From an uncultured bacterium (lineage in GTDB: Bacteria; Gemmatimonadota; Gemmatimonadetes; Gemmatimonadales; Gemmatimonadaceae), in contig CAXBQP010000002.1 of NCBI GenBank assembly GCA_963978095.1, forward strand, positions 64,001 to 128,000: a DNA stretch of 64,000 bases, read 5' to 3'. A program made the position numbers and the translations under genes. Below are positions 8,993-22,007 of this stretch, in pieces; the first letter of the stretch is position 1; each line of letters begins with the position of its first letter. Under the pieces are notes generated by a model that saw nothing but the letters and a program-made list of their open reading frames with translations, was not told the DNA's origin and did no database searches.

Positions 8993-9850
8993 GTGTTCCT
9001 GATCATCGGTGTCATTGTCGTCTTCGGTAGCATCCTCGGAGGCTACCTGAACGAGCATGGAAAACTCGCGGTGCTCATTCAGGTCAACGAGTTCCTGATC
9101 ATCGGCGGAGCCGCGCTCGGGTCGATGTTGATCGGGAACTCTCCCGCCACGATCAAGCGCTGCGTACAGATGACGCTGGGGCTGCTCAAGCCCAATCCCT
9201 TCAACTCCACATCCTACGAGGACCTGCTACAGGTACTCTACAAGGTGTTCCAGAAGGCCCGCAAGGATGGCCTGGTGGGGCTCGAGTCGCACATCGTCGA
9301 TCCCGAGAAGAGCGACATCTTCAAGGCGCACCCGATGTTCATGCACCACAGCCAGGCCGTTGCCCTGTTGTGCGACACCCTGAAGGTGCTCCTCACCGGC
9401 GCGGTCGAGAACCACCACCTGGACGAGATCATCTCGTCGGACCTCGAACAGCAGCACCACGAGGCGATGGCAGCTCCGTCCGCCATTACCAAGGTTGGCG
9501 ACGCGATGCCGGGATTCGGCATCGTCGCCGCGGTTCTCGGCGTGATCATCACCATGGGGTCCATCGGCGGGGCGGCGTCCGAGGTCGGCGAGAAAGTCGC
9601 CGCCGCGCTCGTGGGCACCTTCCTGGGCATCCTGATGTCATACGGCGTCATGGGGCCGATCGCGCAGGCCATCGAGGGCCGGATCGCCTCCGAACATGCC
9701 TACATGCTCGTGATCAAGACGGCGCTCCTGGCCTACGCCCGCGGCGATTCCCCGATGTCCGCCGTGGAGTTCGCACGCCGCGGCATCGAACCGCAGGACC
9801 GTCCGTCGTTCGCCGCACTCGAATCGATGGTCCGCAACCGGGCGGCCTGA
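8993..9850 (+). CDS. motA: Flagellar stator protein MotA
   Basis: EFLIIGGAA, ARKDGL, PGFGIVAAVLG, AVEFARR. Confidence 0.95.
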   Translation: MFLIIGVIVVFGSILGGYLNEHGKLAVLIQVNEFLIIGGAALGSMLIGNSPATIKRCVQMTLGLLKPNPFNSTSYEDLLQVLYKVFQKARKDGLVGLESHIVDPEKSDIFKAHPMFMHHSQAVALLCDTLKVLLTGAVENHHLDEIISSDLEQQHHEAMAAPSAITKVGDAMPGFGIVAAVLGVIITMGSIGGAASEVGEKVAAALVGTFLGILMSYGVMGPIAQAIEGRIASEHAYMLVIKTALLAYARGDSPMSAVEFARRGIEPQDRPSFAALESMVRNRAA

Positions 9851-9852
9851 CC

Positions 9853-10659
9853 GTGAGCAAGACCGCTCCGAAACGCCCGATCGTCATCAAGAAGATCAAG
9901 AAGGCTGGGCACGCGCACCACGGCGGATCGTGGAAAGTCGCGTACGCCGACTTCGTGACCGCGATGATGGCCTTCTTCATGGTCATGTGGATCGTCGGGA
10001 TGGACGATGCCACGAAGAAGTCGATCGAGAGCTATTTCTCGAACCCGAACCCGAACATGAAGGGCTCGGCGCCGGGGCAAAGTCCGATCGGACATGGCAG
10101 CAAGCCGGTTCAGCTGAACCCGACGCAGGTCAAACAGATGATCCGCGTCGCTGAGGAGAAGTCGTTCAAGGCCGCCGCGGACCGGATCCGCGCCCGCCTC
10201 GACTCCGCCCGCGGCTCCCTGGGCTCCGCCAAGTTCGAGGTGACGGTCAACGAGGGCGGGTTGCGCATCGAACTGATTGAAGGTGAAGCCGGCGATTCGT
10301 ATTTCGCGCGCGGCTCGGGACAGATGCGCACGGCCGCGAAGGTCGGCCTCGTGCTGATCGCGTCCGAGTTGAGCGCGCTGCGCAACCCGGTCGTACTGGA
10401 AGGTCACACCGACGCCAGCCACTACGGCGCGAGCGCCAGCTACAGCAACTGGGAGCTGTCCTCCGACCGCGCCAACGCCGCGCGGCGCATGCTGGAAGAC
10501 GCCTCGCTGGATCCCACACGAATCGTGGAGGTCCGCGGCTACGCCGATACCCGACTGCGAAATCCGAAGGAGCCGAACGCACCGGAGAACCGCCGCATCT
10601 CGATTTTCCTGCCGTTCAGCGACGTCAAAGCCCGAGTCGACTCGCTCGCCGTGAACTGA
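9853..10659 (+). CDS. motB: Flagellar stator protein MotB
   Basis: WKVAYADFVTAMMAFF, GHTD, NWELSSDRA, NRRI. Confidence 0.95.
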   Translation: MSKTAPKRPIVIKKIKKAGHAHHGGSWKVAYADFVTAMMAFFMVMWIVGMDDATKKSIESYFSNPNPNMKGSAPGQSPIGHGSKPVQLNPTQVKQMIRVAEEKSFKAAADRIRARLDSARGSLGSAKFEVTVNEGGLRIELIEGEAGDSYFARGSGQMRTAAKVGLVLIASELSALRNPVVLEGHTDASHYGASASYSNWELSSDRANAARRMLEDASLDPTRIVEVRGYADTRLRNPKEPNAPENRRISIFLPFSDVKARVDSLAVN

Positions 10660-10691
10660 GTCCCGAACCCGGGGCGTACCCACCAACGAGA

Positions 10692-10723
10692 ACGCGCCCC
10701 GTCGGCAAGCCGACGGGGCGCGT
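10692..10723. terminator. Hairpin terminator between convergent motB and rpsG
   Basis: Perfect 14-bp stem ACGCGCCCCGTCGG/CCGACGGGGCGCGT; G(CUUG)C tetraloop on minus strand. Confidence 0.75.
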
Positions 10724-10743
10724 ATCGTATCCGGACGACGCGA

Positions 10744-11210
10744 CTACCAGCGATAGTGCGCGAAGGCCTTGTTGGCCTCGGCCATGCGGTGCGTGTCTTC
10801 CTTCTTCTTGACGGCGTTGCCTTCGCCCTTGCTCGCGGCGATCGTCTCGGCGGCGAGCTTCTCCGCCATCGACTTCTCGTTGCGGTCGCGCGAATAGCTG
10901 ATCAGCCAGCGCATCGCGAGCGCGGTACGGCGCTCCGGACGGACTTCGACCGGCACCTGGTACGTGGCACCACCGACACGGCGGCTCTTGACCTCGACGA
11001 CCGGCTTGAGGTTCGTGAGCGCCTGCTTGAAGACGTTCACCCCCGGCTGCGACGTGCGGCTCTCCACGAGATCCATCGCCCCGTAGAAGATGCGCTCGGC
11101 CGTGGACTTCTTGCCCTGATACATCAGGACGTTGATGAACTTGCTGACCGTCTGGCTGTCGTAGCGCGAATCCGCGAGGATCGTGCGCTTCACACTCTTT
11201 TTGCGGCGGC

Positions 11211-11214
<4 letters not shown>
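10744..11214 (-). CDS. rpsG: 30S ribosomal protein S7
   Basis: [27 protein letters not shown]. Confidence 0.98.
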
Positions 11215-11606
<392 letters not shown>

Positions 11607-11702
11607 CTTACCCTTCGGCTCACCAACACGTGAGCCTTCACGAAATGTTCGACATCCTGATTCTACGTGAATCGCCCGACGGGCGGCACGGAACAGACTC
11701 GT

Positions 11703-11731
11703 AAGATAGCCAGTCAGAATGCCAGAATCAA
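11703..11731 (-). promoter_or_regulatory. Sigma-70-type promoter for rpsL
   Basis: TTGATT-N17-TATCTT on minus strand. Confidence 0.7.
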
Positions 11732-11799
11732 GGCCCGGAAGTCGTCCTGTCCCAACGACTTACAAAGCACCTGCCCGGCATCTCCCGCGAGGTGGGCGC

Positions 11800-12705
11800 C
11801 TACGGCTTCTTCACCGGACTGATCGGCTCCGCCGCCTCCGGCACCCCACTGAAGAACTTCAGCGGTTTCCGGCTCAACTCGCGCGTCAGCACCTTCATCG
11901 TCACCGACACCGAGTCCAGATTCGCCACGATCCGACGGATTTGCGGGTCGGTATCCTTCAGCGTCCCGGCTGCAGATCGTGTTGCCACCCCCGCCGTCGC
12001 GATCACCTGCTGCAACGAATCCAGCATGCGCTTGGTCTGCGGCGTGATGGTGCGGAACTCGCGCAGGAGCGAATCCGCGTGCCCGATGGCAGACTCGGCG
12101 CTGCGCGCCACGCGTGGCAACGACACTTGTGCCGATTCGGCGACAATCGCCCCGTGCTGCGCGGCACCCTTCACCACGGCGAGCGTGGAGGTCAAGCTGT
12201 CGAGCAGGAGCACGGTGCGGGCGAGCGCCTTCTTCACATCACCGCCGGCATCGTTCACCAACTTCTGAACCTGATCCATCATCGCGTTGGTCGGCAACGA
12301 CGGGAGCGTGCTCCCCACGGGAAGCGCCGACCCGCCGCCAACCGGCGGTTCGAGCACGATCACCGGCGTGCCGATCATCACCGCCGGCGGCTGCACGCGC
12401 GCCTTGGTCCCGGCGAGGACGGGCAGCCGGACACCGGCCACCTCATCCACCAGGAAGCGGAGGCGGAAGGTGATATGGCCATCCGGCGTCGCGCGCGGCG
12501 TGATGCCCGCCACCCGCCCCACGGTGTACCCCTGGAGTTGCACGGGGGCCTGCAGGCCGATGCCCTCGATCCGGTCGAACTCGGCAAAATACTCATCACC
12601 CTTCACCACCTGCGATCGACGCAGCCACATCGTCGACCAGGCCGCGATCCCGATCGCCGCCACCACGATGATCCCCGCGCGGAGATCCGCTGGCTCCCAC
12701 TTCAT
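11800..12705 (-). CDS. MCE/MlaD-family protein with long C-terminal helical region
   Basis: N-terminal TM; F..IEGIGLQAPVQLQGYTVGRVAGI MCE motif; C-terminal ELSRKPLKF. Confidence 0.85.
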   Translation of the reverse strand: MKWEPADLRAGIIVVAAIGIAAWSTMWLRRSQVVKGDEYFAEFDRIEGIGLQAPVQLQGYTVGRVAGITPRATPDGHITFRLRFLVDEVAGVRLPVLAGTKARVQPPAVMIGTPVIVLEPPVGGGSALPVGSTLPSLPTNAMMDQVQKLVNDAGGDVKKALARTVLLLDSLTSTLAVVKGAAQHGAIVAESAQVSLPRVARSAESAIGHADSLLREFRTITPQTKRMLDSLQQVIATAGVATRSAAGTLKDTDPQIRRIVANLDSVSVTMKVLTRELSRKPLKFFSGVPEAAEPISPVKKP

Positions 12706-13376
12706 GCTGAGGCCTCCACTGCCGCTCGGCGTAGTCCTGCAGAATCCCAGAGATACAGATCGTCGGCGACGTCGTACAACATCTCGTCGCGACGGAACGA
12801 GGTGATGATCGCGGTCGGGGCCAGCGCGCGGCAGATGCGCCAGACATCGCCCGCCGCCCGCGACCGCACCGACGCCATCGGGTTCTCCAGCACGAGCAGG
12901 CGTGGATTCCCGACCAACGCCCGCCCGACCGCGGCGAGTTGTCGCACATCTTCCGCCACATCGGCCGGTCGACGCGCCGCGTAGTCCACGATACCCAGTT
13001 CCTCGAACACATCAACGGCGTGCTGACGCGGCAGCGAGATGCCCTTGGAGCCGCGGAACACCGCCGGCACCACCAGATTGTCGAGCAGGGACAAGTTGCT
13101 CAGCAGCCCCGCAGGATCCAGCAACACTCCCATATCCGACAGCAGCAACCGACGCTCCGTGCGGGACACTTTGCCAATCGGCCGCCCGAGCACGACCACT
13201 TCTCCCGACGCGATCGCCTGTGCGCCAATCAGGATCCGCGCCAGCAAATGCGACCGCTCCGGCGTCGTGCGGACGACCGTCCACGTCCCCTTGGGCACAT
13301 TCAGGGTGATCGCATCCGACCACTCGGTGCTCGGTGTGGCGGGACGCACATCGGTCATGGCGAGTATGGCACTCAC
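12702..13376 (-). CDS. MlaF-like ABC ATPase fold with degenerate catalytic motifs
   Basis: SGEVVVLG, LLSNLSLLDNL, VGRALVGNPRLLVLENP; 4-nt overlaps with both neighbours. Confidence 0.75.
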   Translation of the reverse strand: MSAILAMTDVRPATPSTEWSDAITLNVPKGTWTVVRTTPERSHLLARILIGAQAIASGEVVVLGRPIGKVSRTERRLLLSDMGVLLDPAGLLSNLSLLDNLVVPAVFRGSKGISLPRQHAVDVFEELGIVDYAARRPADVAEDVRQLAAVGRALVGNPRLLVLENPMASVRSRAAGDVWRICRALAPTAIITSFRRDEMLYDVADDLYLWDSAGLRRAAVEASA

Positions 13377-14170
13377 GTCATCACCCGCAACATGATCCCC
13401 AAGGCAGCCACGCCGATGACGACCACGGACGACCACATCATGGCACGACTGACGGCGCGCGGCACTTCCGTCGCGGTCCGGCGCGCGATTAGCCCCGACA
13501 CGCACGACGCCATCGCAATCCCCGCCCCGTTCAGCAGACCGCGGCCGATGGCCTCGTAGACGTCGCTCACGCTCAGCGCGAGACGTACGGACTGGACATA
13601 TGCGTCGATCGACATCTGCTGGAGCAGTTGTACGGTGATCAATCCGCCCAACAACGTGGCGAAATCGAACACGAGCGTCAGCGCCATGGCCGCGACCGCC
13701 ACACCCACCACACGCGGCAATACGTAGTACTGCAGGATATCCACTCCCAACGCGTCGAGCGCATCCGCTTCGCCGAGGGCGCGCGCACTTGCGAGCTCGG
13801 CGGCGATGGCCGTGCCGGTCCGCCCCGCGACGATCAGCGCCGTGAGCGCGGGAGCGATCTCGCGCACACCGGCCGCCACGACGATCCGGCCGATGGTGTC
13901 GGCCAACCCCAGACGCACGGCCTGCGCGTTGGCTTCACCGATGATGATGGCGCCGCACAGCACGGCCAGCACCGACACCAGGGTCAGCGCATCCCACGCC
14001 GTGAACTGGATCTGCCGCGCAAAGGCCCCCCACCACTGCCCGAGCGCGGCGCGCGGGAGCGAGGCCCCCGCACGCAGCACGGCACCCGACATGCGGACCG
14101 CCACGACCCCAGCGGCACCGGTGTTCCGTGCGCGGCGGCCGATGCCGCCTATGAGATCAACGACGAACAT
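13373..14170 (-). CDS. MlaE-family ABC permease
   Basis: REIAPALTALIVAGRTGTAIAAEL, DALDALGVD..YYVLPRV. Confidence 0.9.
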   Translation of the reverse strand: MFVVDLIGGIGRRARNTGAAGVVAVRMSGAVLRAGASLPRAALGQWWGAFARQIQFTAWDALTLVSVLAVLCGAIIIGEANAQAVRLGLADTIGRIVVAAGVREIAPALTALIVAGRTGTAIAAELASARALGEADALDALGVDILQYYVLPRVVGVAVAAMALTLVFDFATLLGGLITVQLLQQMSIDAYVQSVRLALSVSDVYEAIGRGLLNGAGIAMASCVSGLIARRTATEVPRAVSRAMMWSSVVVIGVAALGIMLRVMT

Positions 14171-14188
14171 GCGGGCGCAACGGCGCGC

Positions 14189-14635
14189 TCAAATGAGCGT
14201 TTCCTTGGAGACCCGATCCGCGCCGACACGCCGCAACACCCCCTCGGCGCGGCACACCGCCTGCGCACTCACCGACACCGCCCCCTGCAACGGCGCGCCG
14301 ATCAACGTCCGCGCCGGAAAGGGCGCGGTGAAGAACTCGGCGAGCACCTGATCGAAGACAGCGAGCTGGCCGGGATCGCGCAGGGCAACAGTGAGCATCA
14401 GGACATCGTCGAGCACCGTACCGACGGTCGACAGCGCGGTCCGCAGCCGTTGCATGGCGCGCCGACATTCGACATCGAGGGGCATGCCGGACGCATCCGC
14501 CGTCCCGTCGTCGGCCTCTCCCGTCAGCGACGCGGTCCAACACATCCCGGCATACATCACGACCGTGCTGGCATTCCCGGGAACGGGAACGCTCTCTTGC
14601 GCACGCTGGCTGTGCGCCCAATGCCTACTGCTCAT
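14189..14635 (-). CDS. Rid (RidA/YjgF/UK114)-family protein
   Basis: LDDVLMLTVAL..FDQVLAEFF..PFPART retains the conserved Arg. Confidence 0.7.
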   Translation of the reverse strand: MSSRHWAHSQRAQESVPVPGNASTVVMYAGMCWTASLTGEADDGTADASGMPLDVECRRAMQRLRTALSTVGTVLDDVLMLTVALRDPGQLAVFDQVLAEFFTAPFPARTLIGAPLQGAVSVSAQAVCRAEGVLRRVGADRVSKETLI

Positions 14636-14715
14636 CCGTCGGGCGTGGGGCTGAAGTGTATTGTTTCATGCCAGTACTAAAGTGCCGCACCGGAGCCCTC
14701 TCCCGCAAGCACCGC

Positions 14716-16209
14716 CTAGAGATCCACGACCGCGTGCACCGGGAGCGCGTCCCGCGCTCGAACCGCGACCTCGAACTCCCCAAGCAGGTGGGCGATCGAG
14801 TTTGCATAATAACTGACCAGTTCCCTCCCCCTAGGGAGAATCAGGAATCCCTCCCCCGTCCGGGCGATGACCCGCCGCATCCGCAGCAACTGGTAGGCCC
14901 GCTCGAGGATCTCGGCCGGGGCCGCATGGCAGTCCACCAACTGGCACCCGTGGTGCTGGAGCGAGTCGCGGATCTCCGCGATGCGGTCAAGCAACGCGGA
15001 GCGGGTGACGAAATCGGCGTCAAATGTTTGCAGGGCGGCGGCGACCAGCGGTACGGTGGTGACCGGAATGATCGCACCGATGCGTCGCATCACATCGTCG
15101 GCCAACTCCTGTACCTGCCCAAGCCGCTGTGTGCGATCGAGTCCGAACAACGGTTCCCCCCGCTCCGCCAGACGGTCGAACCAGGGGGCGAGCGGCATCG
15201 GCTCGCCAACGACCACGGCGGCGGTCCCATAGCGCCTCCACCGGCGGGAGACGAGACGGACCATGCTCCAGCCGGCATAGCTCAGGACCTCGGAGAGCTG
15301 CGAGAGGCGGCTCGCCGGGCGGTCGCCGCCTTGCACCCGCAGTTCCCGCAGCAACGAGCGGTCCTCGAGCACCCGATCGAAGTTGATGGCGACCGGTACG
15401 ACATACATCCGCGGCATGAACCCGGGCTCGCGCGCCACGCCCAAGGCGTAATCGAGCAAGCCGATCTTCGGCGGTCGCAGCTTGCCGTCGCGGGTCAGCC
15501 CACCTTCGGGAAAGATCCCCTGCGTCACCCCGTTGCGCGTGATGAGCTGGACGTACCGCTCGAGCACCGTGTGGTACAGGGGCTCACGGTAGCGACGGCG
15601 GATGAAATACGACCCGAAGCTCTTGAACAGGTATTCGAGCGGGAAGACCCGCGCCCACTCCCCGACGGCGTACGAGATGGCCACTTGCCCCGCGAGCGCG
15701 TAGCTCGCCAGCACGTAATCGGCGTTGGAGCGGTGGTTCATCACGTAAATCACGATGCTCTCGCGCGGCAGCCGATCGAACGCGCTGGCGCGTACGTGCG
15801 TCACCTCCACTTTGTAGAAGACGTTGAGCAGGATGCGCGAGAGATTGTACCCGTACTGGTAGTATGCCAGCAGGTTGAAGACGGGTACGATCTCGTTGAC
15901 ATAGCTCCGCACCCGCCGCCAGACCAGCGCGGCCGCCACCCCATGCGCGTCGGCGTGGGCACGCACCGCCGCGGCCACAGCCTCGTCACCGAGCAGCGCT
16001 TCGGCGATGTACGTCTTGTTCGTGAGTTTGAATCGATCGATGCGCGCACGGAATCGGCGGACGGCACGGAGGGCGGCACGACGCGTGAATCGGCGCCACA
16101 CCACACGCCCGAGCACCGCGAACAGGGCCACCGTGAGGGCACCGACGACGATCTTCACGGGACGGTCCGACGGCCAGTCCCGTCCGGTCGCGTGCAGGGA
16201 TCGTTCCAC
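14716..16209 (-). CDS. Glycerolipid acyltransferase (PlsB/PlsC superfamily)
   Basis: NHRSNAD (HxxxxD), FIRR, FPEGG, VPV blocks; start uncertain. Confidence 0.85.
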   Translation of the reverse strand: MERSLHATGRDWPSDRPVKIVVGALTVALFAVLGRVVWRRFTRRAALRAVRRFRARIDRFKLTNKTYIAEALLGDEAVAAAVRAHADAHGVAAALVWRRVRSYVNEIVPVFNLLAYYQYGYNLSRILLNVFYKVEVTHVRASAFDRLPRESIVIYVMNHRSNADYVLASYALAGQVAISYAVGEWARVFPLEYLFKSFGSYFIRRRYREPLYHTVLERYVQLITRNGVTQGIFPEGGLTRDGKLRPPKIGLLDYALGVAREPGFMPRMYVVPVAINFDRVLEDRSLLRELRVQGGDRPASRLSQLSEVLSYAGWSMVRLVSRRWRRYGTAAVVVGEPMPLAPWFDRLAERGEPLFGLDRTQRLGQVQELADDVMRRIGAIIPVTTVPLVAAALQTFDADFVTRSALLDRIAEIRDSLQHHGCQLVDCHAAPAEILERAYQLLRMRRVIARTGEGFLILPRGRELVSYYANSIAHLLGEFEVAVRARDALPVHAVVDL

Positions 16210-16235
16210 CGCCGCTCGCGCATGCGCCCCTCCGC

Positions 16236-17585
16236 CTACGCGGTCTCGCGCGTAGTCCAGTCCCGCGGTTCGTCGGTCACTTTGCGCAGAATCACGAGGC
16301 TGATCAACACCATGAGCAAGAGCGCGATGACCGCGACCGCTTCCCCCTTGGCGGTGAGAGTCGCGAGCTGGTCTTCACTGAGCCCGGGACGTCGATTCCG
16401 CTCGACGAGCAGATAGGTGATGGCCGCCCAGATCAGCGGTCCGGAGATCGCCGAGAAACGACCCACCATGCCGTAGAGTCCATAGAACTCGCCGATGCGA
16501 TCGGGCGGACTCAGGCGCAGCATCAACGTCCGGTCGGCCGCCCACGTACCGCCGAGCGCGAGCCCGGCAAGGCAGGCGGTGGCGTACAGCCCGCTGATGG
16601 GAAGCGACAGGAGGCCGACCAGCGACGCAAAGGCGAAATCGCAGCACCAAATGGTCAGGACCATGTTCAGGGTGCGTTTGGGACCGATCCGGTCCACGAC
16701 GAACCCCCACGTCACGCCACCGAGGATGGCACAGGTGATGGCGGACATCAGCACGAGATTCGCCTGCTGCTCGCCCTGGCTCTTGGTGAGTCCGGTCGAG
16801 ACCGCGACGTTGACCGTGTACAACGTCATGAAGGAGATCACGGTATTGATGGCGTCGGTGTAGAACACGCGGCCCAGCAGGAAGCGGAGCAGTCCGGGAT
16901 ACTGCTGTCCTGACTTGAGCGTGACCATCGTCTGCCTGACGGACTCGAGGACCGCCGACCACCGGAAGATCGGACGCGGATTCGGGTTCCCCCGCTCCTT
17001 GACGAACACGAAGCACGGCAGCGCGAAGAGGAAGAAAGCCCCGGCGATCATCAGGAAATACATCGCGAAGGGGAATGATTCCCCGGGATGCTGCGACTTG
17101 AGCCAGAGCCCCATGCCGACGGCGATATACGACCCCATGTAGCCGAGTCCGACCGCGAGTCCGGTGATGCGGCCTCGGTTGGTGTCGTCGGTCACCTCGG
17201 GGAGCAGGGAATCGTAGAACTGTACCCCCGCCTGATACCCGCCGTTGGCAATCACGAAGAGCAATGCCGAGAGCCGGAACGAGCCGTGGCCCATCAACGC
17301 CGTCGCGCCGCAGGCGAGAATCGTGGCCCACACCAGGAATGGCATGCGCCGGCGTGCACGATCCGTCATCGCGCCCAGCAGGGGGGAGAGTACGAACATC
17401 ACCGCCATCGCCAGCGATGTCAGCAGGCCATAGACGTGATCTGCGCGATCGGGCCCCACCTTCTCCCGAACGAACAGCGAGAAGTAGAGCGAGATCACGC
17501 CCATGGAAAAGATGACGTTGGCGAGATCGTAGAGGATCCACGCCGCGACGGCGCGGCGGGGAATCGTGCGTTCGGGTGGGGTCAT
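16236..17585 (-). CDS. MFS transporter (UMF1/Atg22-like)
   Basis: AWILYDLAN, LGAMTDRARRR, YDSLLPEV, about 12 hydrophobic segments. Confidence 0.88.
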   Translation of the reverse strand: MTPPERTIPRRAVAAWILYDLANVIFSMGVISLYFSLFVREKVGPDRADHVYGLLTSLAMAVMFVLSPLLGAMTDRARRRMPFLVWATILACGATALMGHGSFRLSALLFVIANGGYQAGVQFYDSLLPEVTDDTNRGRITGLAVGLGYMGSYIAVGMGLWLKSQHPGESFPFAMYFLMIAGAFFLFALPCFVFVKERGNPNPRPIFRWSAVLESVRQTMVTLKSGQQYPGLLRFLLGRVFYTDAINTVISFMTLYTVNVAVSTGLTKSQGEQQANLVLMSAITCAILGGVTWGFVVDRIGPKRTLNMVLTIWCCDFAFASLVGLLSLPISGLYATACLAGLALGGTWAADRTLMLRLSPPDRIGEFYGLYGMVGRFSAISGPLIWAAITYLLVERNRRPGLSEDQLATLTAKGEAVAVIALLLMVLISLVILRKVTDEPRDWTTRETA

Positions 17586-17624
17586 GGAGGAAGAATCTGC
17601 ATCCTGGTCGGTGATCCCGTAAGG

Positions 17625-17660
17625 CGAAACGGCGTACCCCCGCAGGGATACGCCGTTTCG
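17625..17660 (-). terminator. Hairpin terminator after rpoC
   Basis: CGAAACGGCGTA/TACGCCGTTTCG inverted repeat about 36 nt past the rpoC stop. Confidence 0.7.
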
Positions 17661-17696
17661 TGACCGCCGTGGTACCGCTCGCCGCCCCCGCCGAGC

Positions 17697-22004
<4,308 letters not shown>

Positions 22005-22007
22005 GGG

